Shown: positions 6,650-15,747 of the stretch, piece after piece
Layout: each line of letters starts with the position of its first letter
How positions within the stretch are numbered: the first letter of the stretch is position 1
The notes under the pieces: model-generated
The model's database searches: none
What the model saw: the letters and a program-made list of their open reading frames with translations, nothing else
Told to the model about the DNA's origin: nothing
Made by a program: the position numbers and the translations under genes
Source of the DNA: Tubiluchus corallicola
Taxonomy: Eukaryota; Animalia; Priapulida
Assembly: GCA_030141605.1 (NCBI GenBank)
Contig: JAQGDQ010002508.1
Coordinates: forward strand, 1-15,747
Direction: 5' to 3'
DNA: 15,747 nucleotides

Positions 6650-8521
6650 ATGAAAACCATACAATTATTTAACAAACTATTAAAAAGCTTTGCCCTCGTT
6701 CTTTTAATGTTTTTTTTATTTTCTTGTAAAAGTGATGAAAAAAGCAGCGAAAAAAATTTTGAAAACTACGCTATAGAAGGAATTGAGTTTGAGGCTACCA
6801 AGACAACTATAACAGGAAATGCTCCTGATAATATATCATTGACAGATCTTGTTGCTACATTCAATCTTTCTCCTGGTGCTGAAGCGAAGATTGGAAATGT
6901 TGCTCAAATCAGTGGTGAAACAAAAAATACTTTTGAAGATGGAGTGTCAAAAGAATATGTAGTTACAGCTGAAGATGGAAGTAGTATAACTTACGAAGTG
7001 ACAATTAATGTAATAGAGTCAGAACATACTAGAAACGAAATGACAGACTACGCTATACAAGGATGGCCTGACGAAATCATATTTGATTTAGACGGTGAAA
7101 TTCCTAATTTTACCCTAAAAGCAGACGTTCCTGCACACTATTCCTTAACAGATTTGATAGCTACGTTTAATGTTTCTCCAGATACAAAGGTAGAAATTAA
7201 CAATGTTTTACAGATAAGTGGCGAAACAGAAAACACATTTGAAAATGGAGTTGCAAAAGAGTATGTAGTTACTGCCAAAGATGGAAGTGTTGAAAACTAT
7301 GTAGTAACCATCAACTTAGTTAACAACTTGGAAGTTAGTGGGCTAAAAGCCGTGTATAATAACCAAGGAAATTTAGCTCTAACATGGGAAAACCCACCAA
7401 CAGAACAATACGAGTCTATTGTAATTAATACAGGTGAAGGTGATATAACATTAGAAAAAGACTTGACTACATATGATGTAGGAAATTTTAACGACTTTAT
7501 CAGCAAGAATAGCATAACGATTAAAGTAGGTCAGAGTGATATATTTAATGCTGTAGAGATTAACGTTGATGATTTAGAAATTGAATTAGAAGACAATTCT
7601 AATTTAGAAGATTTTCTTAAAGGCTCTCAAGCAAGCTTTACTATTGGTGATGCAAAAAGCACTACTAAGTTGGTAATTGGAGGAAATGCCAATTTGACCA
7701 CATTAGATGGTTTGAATGTATTAGTTAACTTGGAGAAGGTAACACTACACGAGCAAGCCTCTCTAATTGATGTAAGTGCTCTTAATTCAGTTAATAATTT
7801 AGATTTTTTTGATATTATTGGCTTTTCAGACCTATCTTTTCTTCAAAATCATGAAGATTTACGAAACTTAGTTGTTGACTCTAAAAACACTTATAGTTTT
7901 TATGCAGAAGCAACAATTTTGTCATCAGTAGGGGATAATAACAGTCCTCCTGAAATCGATACAGCAACTAATACCGTTAAAATAGGAATAGGAGATGCCC
8001 CATCATATATGATGGTGATTTTGGGTGGAATGCAAGAAAGCAACTTTTTAGAAGATTTAAACGACGAGATAACAGTTAAAATCCATTTGCCTAGCGATGA
8101 ACAAGCAGGTCTACAAGGCACTCTTAAACATATTGCTTATTTAAATGTGTGGGTAATAACAGAAAATGATCCAGGAACAACACCAGATGCTTGGGATATG
8201 AGTGGTTGGGATGAATGGGGTAACCCCACTACCTACTGCACCCCTCTAATGGCTGATGCCTCTATGAGTAACAAGGGAGTTATTAGCACATGGGAGAATG
8301 ACATGCTCACAATAACGCTAGATGAAAATACAGAGCTTTTACGTACTGGAAATTGGGATGACAATGTAAAAGACCTTCTTGAGGCTGCAAACCCTATATC
8401 CTATATCCTTCTTGTTAAGCTTGGAGATACTGCCAATACACATGGTGATAATTTGACAGCTTACGTTACTCAATGTACTATTGCAGGAAGAGATTTATGG
8501 GTTGTAACAGAAAGAGAATAA
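6650..8521 (+). CDS. Modular surface lipoprotein: two Ig-like (DUF5018-like) repeats, FN3-like segment, short LRR-like segment and unknown C-terminal domain
   Basis: Signal peptide II with LFS-C26 followed by KSDEK. Duplicated LxATFxxSP…QISGET.NTF…YVVTA.DG…Y.VT modules, VSGLKAV…LALTWENP, and LxxLxGLxxLxNLxxVxL-type repeats. Strongly acidic. Confidence 0.8.
   Translation: MKTIQLFNKLLKSFALVLLMFFLFSCKSDEKSSEKNFENYAIEGIEFEATKTTITGNAPDNISLTDLVATFNLSPGAEAKIGNVAQISGETKNTFEDGVSKEYVVTAEDGSSITYEVTINVIESEHTRNEMTDYAIQGWPDEIIFDLDGEIPNFTLKADVPAHYSLTDLIATFNVSPDTKVEINNVLQISGETENTFENGVAKEYVVTAKDGSVENYVVTINLVNNLEVSGLKAVYNNQGNLALTWENPPTEQYESIVINTGEGDITLEKDLTTYDVGNFNDFISKNSITIKVGQSDIFNAVEINVDDLEIELEDNSNLEDFLKGSQASFTIGDAKSTTKLVIGGNANLTTLDGLNVLVNLEKVTLHEQASLIDVSALNSVNNLDFFDIIGFSDLSFLQNHEDLRNLVVDSKNTYSFYAEATILSSVGDNNSPPEIDTATNTVKIGIGDAPSYMMVILGGMQESNFLEDLNDEITVKIHLPSDEQAGLQGTLKHIAYLNVWVITENDPGTTPDAWDMSGWDEWGNPTTYCTPLMADASMSNKGVISTWENDMLTITLDENTELLRTGNWDDNVKDLLEAANPISYILLVKLGDTANTHGDNLTAYVTQCTIAGRDLWVVTERE
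6836..7315 (+). repeat. Intragenic duplication of a 58-aa domain core (6836-7009 and 7142-7315)
   Basis: Manual ungapped alignment of aa 63-120 with aa 165-222 gives 41/58 identical residues. Confidence 0.9.
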
Positions 8522-8543
8522 AATTTATTTGTAATAAATTTAT

Positions 8544-8581
8544 ACAAAAGGAGAACCTTTTCGGTTCTCCTTTTGTTGTTT
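8544..8581 (+). terminator. Strong intrinsic terminator after the lipoprotein gene
   Basis: Perfect 14-bp inverted repeat ACAAAAGGAGAACC (8544-8557), loop TTTTC, GGTTCTCCTTTTGT (8563-8576), with a T-rich tail. Confidence 0.9.
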
Positions 8582-8704
8582 CTATGTAAACAATAAGTAT
8601 TGATTTTGTGCTTGTATATAAACTAATCAATGTCTTAAAGTAGAAAAACATAAGCTACTGAAATCAAGAGATTTATAGCCATAGATAAAACCTTGTTATG
8701 AATT

Positions 8705-10215
8705 ATGCATAAAATACTATCCACAGAACAAGTACGGTTGGCAGATGCCTACACGATTAAGAACAAACCAATAGCTTCCATTGACCTTATGGAGCAGGCA
8801 TCCAAAAGTTTTGTGAAAGCGTTTGTAAAATTAGTTCCTAAAAAAAATGACATTATCATATTTTGTGGCACAGGTAACAATGGAGGAGATGGATTAGCAG
8901 TTGCTAGGATGTTGCTTGAAGAGCATAAACGAAAAGTAGCAATATATGTAGTCAATCCAAGTGCGAAACACTCCAACGACTTTGATATTAATTACAAACG
9001 CTTATCAAACATTGCTAATATACATCAACTCAGCTCAAAGAGCGATATCACTTTTAGTATTGATAAAAAAACCATTGTCATTGATGCTATCTTTGGCTCA
9101 GGGCTAACTAGGCGTCCCAAGGGGTTATACGCTGATTGTATTGAGTTCATTAATAAATCTGGTAGCTACATAGTATCTATAGACATTCCATCAGGATTGT
9201 TATGCGATGCACCTACACTTCATGAAAATACCACAATACACTCTAACTTAACCATTACTTTTCAAGTTCCAAAGCTTTCTTTTTTATTCCCCGAAAACTA
9301 TAAATTCCTTAAATCGTGGAAAGTAGTAAATATAGGCCTCAGCAAAAGCTTTATTGATAAACAAAAATCTTTTTTTCAAATCATTGAAAAAAAAGATATC
9401 AAAGCCCATTTGCGACAAAGAACGGCTTTTGAGCATAAAGGAAATTTTGGAAGAGTATTAATTATTGCAGGAAGTTTTGGTAAAATAGGAGCCGCCATCT
9501 TGTGCAGTAAAGCATGTATGAGAATGGGTACAGGATTATTGTTTGCTCATATTCCGCGTTGTGGTTATGAAATTTTGCAAAGCACTATACCTGAGGCTAT
9601 GACCTTGTGTGATAATGATCAAAAAATCATCTCACAAGTATCTTTATTAGAAGAATATAACCCATATGTATAGGCTGCGGCATAGGCACACATACCCAAA
9701 CAATAAATGCCTTTAAAAATTTATTGCAAAGATACAATAAACCAATACTTTTAGATGCTGATGCCATAAATATTCTCTCTCTTCGCCCTGAACTAATACA
9801 GCAACTTCCTGAAAATTCTATACTTACTCCACACATTGGAGAGTTTGACAAATTGGCAGGAAACTCCAATAATAGTTTTGAAAGAATAAAAAAACAAATC
9901 GCATTTTCTAAAAACTACAAAGTCCATGTTGCACTAAAAGGAGCTTATACTTCCATTTCTACGCCCAAAGGCAATATGTATTTTAATTCAACAGGAAATC
10001 CAGGAATGGCCACCGCAGGAAGTGGAGACGCACTTTCTGGTATAATCACCTCACTATTAGGTCAAAAACACCCCCCGCTTAAAGCAACACTGTTAGGTGT
10101 GTATTTACATGGTATGGCAGGAGATATAGCAGCTAAACGTAAAACAGAATATTCTTTAATAGCTACAGATATTATAAATGCAATACCCAAAGCATTTAAA
10201 AAGCTAAAAAAATAA
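8705..10215 (+). pseudogene. nnr: Bifunctional NAD(P)H-hydrate epimerase/dehydratase (NnrE-NnrD), split by a 1-nt deletion near 9659-9663 (fragments 8705-9673 and 9661-10215)
   Basis: NnrE motifs LMEQA, CGTGNNGGDG, DAIFGSG and SIDIPSG, plus the NnrD start HKGNFGRVLIIAGS, are in frame 2. The rest of NnrD (ICIGCGIG from 9664, LDADA, LTPHIGEF, LKGAYT, GNPGMATAGSGD, GVYLHG) is in frame 1. Adding one base gives a 503-aa fusion. Confidence 0.9.
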
Positions 10216-10240
10216 GAGTGTTAAAAAAACAGACGATTTG

Positions 10241-10271
10241 TTTGTAAATTAAAATACATGTTCTAATTTTG
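10241..10271 (+). promoter_or_regulatory. Bacteroidota -33/-7 promoter for the WcaJ-like gene and recG
   Basis: TTTG at 10241-10244, 19-nt spacer, TAATTTTG at 10264-10271. Confidence 0.6.
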
Positions 10272-11681
10272 GTTTTAATCAAAAAAAATAATCTTTTGGG
10301 AAAGGATTCAGCAAAATATTTTAACTTCTTTCTACTCGCTATCAATGTGTTAATAATAAATTGTGTCTTTTTCACTGTTTATCACATTTATTTTTATTCC
10401 CTAGCAACATTCAAATTCTCACACTATTTTGAATTGCTATTATCTTTTAATGCTGCCTGGTTCATATCTTCTTTTTCAACAAATGCTTATCGATTTTCTT
10501 TTAAAACAACAATTGAAAGCGTGACGAAAAAGTTTTTACAAAACATTTCTATTCAATTATTGTTAATATTCGCGTATTTAGGAATCAGAAGCTACCATTT
10601 TCAAATATTTTTTATATTTCATGTGTATACTTTTTCATCTTTTTTTATATTATTAGTCAATTCTTGTATTCTGTTTTTTGCTAAAAAATATTACAAAAAA
10701 TTTGAATGCAATAAAAATGCTATAATAATAGGGTATGGAGAGTTATCAGAAGAGTTAAAAAAAATTATCATAGATAATCCAGAATATGGACACAAATTTT
10801 GTGGCTATTTCGATAACTCAATGCCTAACAAACAGAAACAGGTTATAGGTAAGATAGATGAAGCTTTTACCTATTGCTTGGATAACGATGTGAAAACAAT
10901 TTTTTGCTTTTTACACTATATTTCCTCCCCTCAGGACATTAAAAAATTAATAGCATTTGGAGATGATAACTTTATTGATGTAAAAGTTGTACCAGACTTT
11001 CGAGTTTTCTCTTACAAAAGTATAGACACCGAATTATATGACTTTATTCCCGTGCTTAGTTTTCGCCCCACACCTTTAAGTGCACCATTAAACAGGTGGA
11101 TAAAAAGAACATTTGATGTGCTTTTTTCAACATTTTCAATAGTCTTTTTTCTATCTTGGATGTACCTAATCTTTGGTTTGATAATTAAAATAGGCTCCAA
11201 AGGGCCTATTCTATTTAAGCAAAAGCGAACAGGGCGTAACAATAAAGTTTTTACTTGTTACAAATTTCGAACTATGTATTTGAATCCTTATGCAGACACT
11301 AAACAGGCAATAAAAAATGACATAAGGATTACTAAGTTTGGAAAGTTTCTTCGGAAAACAAACATAGATGAAATGCCGCAGTTTTTTTCTGTGCTGGCAG
11401 GAAATATGTCTGTAGTAGGTCCCCGACCACACATGCTTGAGCACACAAAAGAGTTCTCTAAAAAAGTAGAAAAATTTTCAGTGCGACATTTAGTAAAACC
11501 TGGCATTACAGGATTAGCACAAATAAAAGGATATCGGGGAGAAACAGATGAAGAGTACAAGTTAAAAAATAGAATAAAGCTAGACAGGTTTTATGTAGAA
11601 AAATGGTCCTTTTTGTTAGACATAAAAATTATCATTAAAACGTGTGTCAGCATGATTGAAGGGAATAAACACGCTTATTAA
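10269..11681 (+). CDS. wcaJ: Undecaprenyl-phosphate glucose phosphotransferase (WcaJ-like priming glycosyltransferase); true start may be TTG 10296
   Basis: Four N-terminal TM segments, Rossmann-like AIIIGYG…GYFD, and the sugar-transferase domain KRTFDV, GPILFKQKRTG, YKFRTM, FLRKTNIDEMPQF, MSVVGPRP, VKPGITGLAQ, WSFLLDIKII. Confidence 0.9.
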   Translation: MVLIKKNNLLGKDSAKYFNFFLLAINVLIINCVFFTVYHIYFYSLATFKFSHYFELLLSFNAAWFISSFSTNAYRFSFKTTIESVTKKFLQNISIQLLLIFAYLGIRSYHFQIFFIFHVYTFSSFFILLVNSCILFFAKKYYKKFECNKNAIIIGYGELSEELKKIIIDNPEYGHKFCGYFDNSMPNKQKQVIGKIDEAFTYCLDNDVKTIFCFLHYISSPQDIKKLIAFGDDNFIDVKVVPDFRVFSYKSIDTELYDFIPVLSFRPTPLSAPLNRWIKRTFDVLFSTFSIVFFLSWMYLIFGLIIKIGSKGPILFKQKRTGRNNKVFTCYKFRTMYLNPYADTKQAIKNDIRITKFGKFLRKTNIDEMPQFFSVLAGNMSVVGPRPHMLEHTKEFSKKVEKFSVRHLVKPGITGLAQIKGYRGETDEEYKLKNRIKLDRFYVEKWSFLLDIKIIIKTCVSMIEGNKHAY

Positions 11682-11706
11682 CAACTCTATTAATTAAGTT
11701 ACTCGC

Positions 11707-13809
11707 ATGCCTTCTTTTTTTGACAAAAGCATAACACAGCTTCAGTCCATTGGGGCGCAAAGAGCAAAATGGCTTAATCAGGAGTTAAATATCTATACTT
11801 TTGGTGATTTACTTCAGTTATTTCCACATAGATATGAAGATAAAACAAAGGTATATCTCATCAAAGAAATAGTAAATAACTGCAATTTTTCATCTTACAT
11901 ACAACTAGAAGGAAAAATAATAAAAGTTGAGACTATAAATTATGGGAGAAAAAGAAGGTTAGTTGCTACCTTTCAGGATGATACAGGAGAAATAGAGCTT
12001 ATTTGGTTTAAAGGATTGCAATGGGTTGAAAAAAAGCTAAAAAAAAATGTAGAGTATCTTGTTTTTGGAAAACCAAATCTATTTAATAGAAAAGTCTACA
12101 TATCTCATCCAGAAATAGAAATTTCAGCAAATATGGACAACATTTCAGGGGCTTTGCAACCAATATACCCAAGCACAGAAACTCTAAAATCTAAGTTCAT
12201 TAATAGTAAATTAATAGCTAAATTTATAAAACAACTACTAACCTTATCAGAAGGATATATTTTAGAAACATTACCCGAGAGCATACTCAAAAATCATGTT
12301 TTGATTAACAAACAACAAGCTATCAAGCAAATACATTTTCCTGCTAATTATCAAGAATTAGAAAAAGCAAGATATAGACTAAAATTTGAAGAGTTATTTT
12401 TTATGCAAATTAAAATTCTTCAACAAAAGTCAATCAATTTACAAAAGGTAAAAGGAAAGGTATTTAAAAATACATCCTTAGTTACTCTGTTTTATAAAAA
12501 GCACTTACCTTTTCAACTTACGGAGGCTCAAAAAAAAGTGATAAGAGAAATACACAATGATTTGAAGTCAGGCATACAGATGAATAGGCTTATTCAAGGC
12601 GATGTAGGCAGTGGAAAAACCATTGTTGCTTTCATTTCTGTTTTAATTATTGTTAGTAGCGCTGGACAAGTAGCGTTCATGGCACCTACTGAAATATTGG
12701 CGTCGCAACATTATGAAAACCTTAAAGCTTTTGCCAAACTTATTAATTTAAATATAGCTCTATTAACAGGTTCAACTAAAACCAAAGAGCGGAAAGCTAT
12801 TCATCAAAAATTGGAGGACGGAAGCCTACAACTTTTGATAGGAACTCATGCGTTGATAGAAGACAGCGTAAAGTTTAAAAATTTGGGATTAGCCATTGTA
12901 GATGAGCAACACCGATTTGGAGTAGCCCAAAGAGCAAAATTATGGCAAAAAAATGAATCTTACTTTCCACATATCATGGTAATGACAGCCACGCCTATTC
13001 CAAGAACCTTAGCAATGACAGTATATGGAGAGCTAGATGTCTCTATAATTAACGAATTACCTGCTGGCAGAAAAAAAATCATAACGAAACATATTTATGA
13101 ACAACATAGGAGAAAGTTGTTCGACTTTATTAGAAAAGAGCTAAAGCAAGGTAAGCAAGCATACATAGTTTATCCACTTATTGAAGAGTCAGAAAAGCTT
13201 GATTTAAAATCACTTACTGAAGGTTATGAGGCAATACAAAGGGATTTTTCAGACTACCATATAGGTATCTTGCATGGAAAAATGGCAGCACAAGATAAAG
13301 AATTTGAAATGAGTCGGTTCATAAAAAAAGAGACGAAAATACTAGTTGCTACCACAGTAATAGAGGTGGGGGTGGATGTACCGAATGCTTCCGTTATGGT
13401 AGTTGAAGATGCACAGCGGTTTGGGCTTGCGCAGCTACATCAACTCAGAGGACGAGTAGGAAGAGGTTCAAATCAATCTTATTGCATATTAGTAACCAAT
13501 TATGAACTTTCAAAGGAGGGGCGAACAAGAATAAACACTATGGTAAAAACAAATGATGGTTTTGAAATAGCAGAGGTAGATATGAAGCTCAGAGGACCTG
13601 GTGACTTGGCTGGCACTCAACAAAGTGGCGTTTTAGACCTTGTAGTAGCAAACCTTGTTCAAGATGAAGCCATTTTGAGACTTGCTCGGCATATAGCTCA
13701 AAATATTTTACTAGAAGACCCAACACTTACCAACCTTAAAAATGCCCCTATAAAAAAACAAATAGAAGCCTCACAACATAAATATACTAATTGGGGTAGG
13801 ATCAGCTAA
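11707..13809 (+). CDS. recG: ATP-dependent DNA helicase RecG
   Basis: 700 aa with FPHRYED, wedge domain, RLKFEELF, QGDVGSGKT, MAPTEILA, DEQHRFG, MTATPIPRTL, QLHQLRGRVGRG and LRGPGD…QSG. Confidence 0.98.
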   Translation: MPSFFDKSITQLQSIGAQRAKWLNQELNIYTFGDLLQLFPHRYEDKTKVYLIKEIVNNCNFSSYIQLEGKIIKVETINYGRKRRLVATFQDDTGEIELIWFKGLQWVEKKLKKNVEYLVFGKPNLFNRKVYISHPEIEISANMDNISGALQPIYPSTETLKSKFINSKLIAKFIKQLLTLSEGYILETLPESILKNHVLINKQQAIKQIHFPANYQELEKARYRLKFEELFFMQIKILQQKSINLQKVKGKVFKNTSLVTLFYKKHLPFQLTEAQKKVIREIHNDLKSGIQMNRLIQGDVGSGKTIVAFISVLIIVSSAGQVAFMAPTEILASQHYENLKAFAKLINLNIALLTGSTKTKERKAIHQKLEDGSLQLLIGTHALIEDSVKFKNLGLAIVDEQHRFGVAQRAKLWQKNESYFPHIMVMTATPIPRTLAMTVYGELDVSIINELPAGRKKIITKHIYEQHRRKLFDFIRKELKQGKQAYIVYPLIEESEKLDLKSLTEGYEAIQRDFSDYHIGILHGKMAAQDKEFEMSRFIKKETKILVATTVIEVGVDVPNASVMVVEDAQRFGLAQLHQLRGRVGRGSNQSYCILVTNYELSKEGRTRINTMVKTNDGFEIAEVDMKLRGPGDLAGTQQSGVLDLVVANLVQDEAILRLARHIAQNILLEDPTLTNLKNAPIKKQIEASQHKYTNWGRIS

Positions 13810-13842
13810 TCTTTATTTTGTTGGAAAAATATTAGTTAAAGG

Positions 13843-13873
13843 TTTGAAAGAAACTTAAATGATATTATTTTTG
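13843..13873 (+). promoter_or_regulatory. Bacteroidota -33/-7 promoter for ahcY
   Basis: TTTG at 13843-13846, 19-nt spacer, TATTTTTG at 13866-13873; same distance to the ATG (39 nt) as the lgt promoter. Confidence 0.7.
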
Positions 13874-13912
13874 TGAAAACCTATATCCACAATCTATTAA
13901 TGGAAACAAGCT

Positions 13913-15220
13913 ATGATAGAAGCAAAATTGAAATATAAAGTAAAAAATATTGACCTTGCTACATGGGGTAGAAAAGAAATAGAATTGGCAGAAGCAGAAA
14001 TGCCAGGGCTAATGTCAATAAGACACGAATATAAAAAAAAGCAACCGCTAAAGGGAGCACGAATTGCAGGGTGTTTACATATGACAGTTCAAACAGCAGT
14101 CCTTATTGAAACATTAAAAGAGCTAGGGGCAGAAGTAGCATGGTCTTCATGTAATATATTTTCTACTCAAGATCACGCCGCCGCCGCAATAGCAGCCAAA
14201 AACATTCCTGTTTACGCATGGAAAGGAATGTCTGAGGAAGAGTATGAATGGTGTGTTAAGCAAACTTTATTTGCCTTTAAGGACAATAAACCTTTAAACA
14301 TGATACTTGATGATGGTGGTGACTTGACTAATATGGTGTTGGACAAACACCCAGAGTTAGTGCCAGGAATTAGGGGAATATCAGAAGAAACAACAACAGG
14401 GGTTTTGAGGCTTTATGAGAGAATGAAAGCAGGTACGCTTCCCGTTCCTGCAATCAACGTAAATGATTCGGTTACAAAATCAAAGTTTGATAATAAATAT
14501 GGTTGCAAAGAATCATTAGTAGACAGCATAAGAAGGGCAACAGATTTAATGTTGGCAGGAAAGGTGGCAGTAGTGGCAGGATATGGAGATGTTGGAAAAG
14601 GATCAGCCCAATCATTAAGAGGAGCAGGAGTGAGAGTAATTGTAACAGAAATAGACCCTATTTGTGCATTGCAAGCAGCTATGGACGGGTTTGAGGTTAA
14701 AAAAATGATTAATGCCATACCAAAATCAAATATTGTCGTTACAGCCACAGGTAATAAGGATGTAGTAAAAAAAGAGCATTTTGAGTTGATGCAAGATATG
14801 ACTGTTGTGTGTAATATTGGGCATTTTGACAATGAAATAGATATAATGGGGTTGAACAAAAACCATGGTAAATCAAAATTAGAAGTGAAACCACAAGTAG
14901 ACTTGTATACGATTGACAACAAGAGAATAATAGTATTGGCAGAAGGGCGTTTGGTAAATTTAGGATGTGCAACAGGTCATCCTTCATTTGTAATGTCAAA
15001 TTCCTTTTCTAATCAAACATTAGCTCAAATAGAACTGTGGAACTATTGTGATAAGTATAAAAACCAAGTCTATACACTTCCTAAACACCTTGATGAAAAA
15101 GTAGCAAGACTACATCTGGAAAAAATAGGAGTAGAGCTAGATCAACTTACAGAAGAACAAGCAAAGTATATAGGAGTAGATATTAAAGGGCCTTATAAAT
15201 CTGAACATTACAGGTATTAA
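13913..15220 (+). CDS. ahcY: S-adenosyl-L-homocysteine hydrolase
   Basis: [79 protein letters not shown] and C-terminal HYRY. Confidence 0.98.
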   Translation: MIEAKLKYKVKNIDLATWGRKEIELAEAEMPGLMSIRHEYKKKQPLKGARIAGCLHMTVQTAVLIETLKELGAEVAWSSCNIFSTQDHAAAAIAAKNIPVYAWKGMSEEEYEWCVKQTLFAFKDNKPLNMILDDGGDLTNMVLDKHPELVPGIRGISEETTTGVLRLYERMKAGTLPVPAINVNDSVTKSKFDNKYGCKESLVDSIRRATDLMLAGKVAVVAGYGDVGKGSAQSLRGAGVRVIVTEIDPICALQAAMDGFEVKKMINAIPKSNIVVTATGNKDVVKKEHFELMQDMTVVCNIGHFDNEIDIMGLNKNHGKSKLEVKPQVDLYTIDNKRIIVLAEGRLVNLGCATGHPSFVMSNSFSNQTLAQIELWNYCDKYKNQVYTLPKHLDEKVARLHLEKIGVELDQLTEEQAKYIGVDIKGPYKSEHYRY

Positions 15221-15238
15221 TTACTCAAGATTTAAAGC

Positions 15239-15718
15239 ATGATTCAAGACCAATTTACGATTTCAACGCCGGGATTATTGTTCTCCGCTATATCTTTAAT
15301 TATGCTAGCGTTCACCAATAGGTTCATTACATACACCTCTACCGTAAGAAAACTGTTTGACAACTACTCTAATACTAAAAATCCGCGTATCTTAGCACAA
15401 ATTCAAGTGCTTAAACAACGTCTTACTTTGTTAAAAGCAATGCAGATATTTGGCATTAGTAGTCTGTTATTGTGTGTTCTTTCAATGCTGTTTATTTTTT
15501 TACAAATAGATGCACTTGCAAACTATGTTTTTCTATTAGGAGTATTAAGTCTTGGAATATGTCTAATAATAGCTATTTTTGAAGTGGTGATTTCAACCAA
15601 TGCTATAAAATTACACCTTAAACACTTAGAAACGCATCATGGGAATAAACGAAAAAAGAGCTCTTTGTTTAAACCCATAAAAAATAATAAAACAAAAACG
15701 CAAGAAGAGCAAGAATAA
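15239..15718 (+). CDS. DUF2721-like small membrane protein
   Basis: TPGLLFSAISLIMLAFTNRF…ILAQI..LKQRL.L.KAMQ.FG pattern and three hydrophobic segments; recognised from memory of the family. Confidence 0.75.
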   Translation: MIQDQFTISTPGLLFSAISLIMLAFTNRFITYTSTVRKLFDNYSNTKNPRILAQIQVLKQRLTLLKAMQIFGISSLLLCVLSMLFIFLQIDALANYVFLLGVLSLGICLIIAIFEVVISTNAIKLHLKHLETHHGNKRKKSSLFKPIKNNKTKTQEEQE

Positions 15719-15747
15719 TAAAAATTTTCTTGCATAAGATATTACAA

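Noticed and set aside
6836-7315. Diversity-generating retroelement template/variable repeat pair or CRISPR-like repeat
   Set aside because: Both copies are in-frame coding, the differences are not adenine-specific, and there is no reverse transcriptase or cas gene.
8521-8541. AT-only inverted repeat AAATTTATT-tgt-AATAAATTT after the lipoprotein stop
   Set aside because: All-A/T arms are expected by chance at this composition, and the adjacent GC-containing hairpin explains termination.
8651-8675. Loose dyad TAA-N5-TGA-N2-TCA-N6-TTA as a possible recombination or att site flanking the lipoprotein gene
   Set aside because: It is asymmetric, has no matching copy near 6577-6650, and no integrase or target duplication is present.
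9655-9675. Programmed -1 ribosomal frameshift in nnr
   Set aside because: No canonical slippery heptamer or evident stimulatory structure; an indel is the simpler explanation.
1827-12290. Short minus-strand ORFs of 61-90 aa listed in the ORF track
   Set aside because: All lie within confident plus-strand genes and show no protein-like motifs.
13810-13912. SAH or SAM riboswitch upstream of ahcY
   Set aside because: The spacer is AT-rich with no GC stems, and the promoter leaves only about 33 nt of leader.
14413-14922. 169-aa antisense ORF inside ahcY, plus ORFs 14503-14694 and 14739-14999
   Set aside because: These are shadows of a highly conserved gene; the long one is codon-aligned antisense and none has recognisable motifs.

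Overview
AT-rich Bacteroidota chromosomal segment, probably Cytophagales-like (inferred from TTTG-N19-TAnnTTTG promoters and protein style). All genes are on the + strand. Order: frameshifted, 5'-incomplete MscS channel; a two-gene amino-sugar unit (Tat-exported GH109-like glycosidase plus NahK-like kinase) with a palindromic leader and terminator; lgt-ndk-tsaB; a stand-alone 623-aa modular surface lipoprotein with its own terminator; a frameshifted nnr (NnrE-NnrD fusion); a WcaJ-like priming glycosyltransferase; recG; ahcY; and a DUF2721-like membrane protein. I see no RNA genes, mobile elements or CRISPR arrays. Most of the window is housekeeping, and I cannot support a clearly new multi-gene system. 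The best leads are the orphan lipoprotein (duplicated Ig-like stalk, LRR-like segment, unrecognised Trp/acidic C-terminal domain) and the minimal GH109+kinase module with a candidate operator. Two genes carry indels that could be real decay or assembly error. All family calls come from motif recognition, not database searches.
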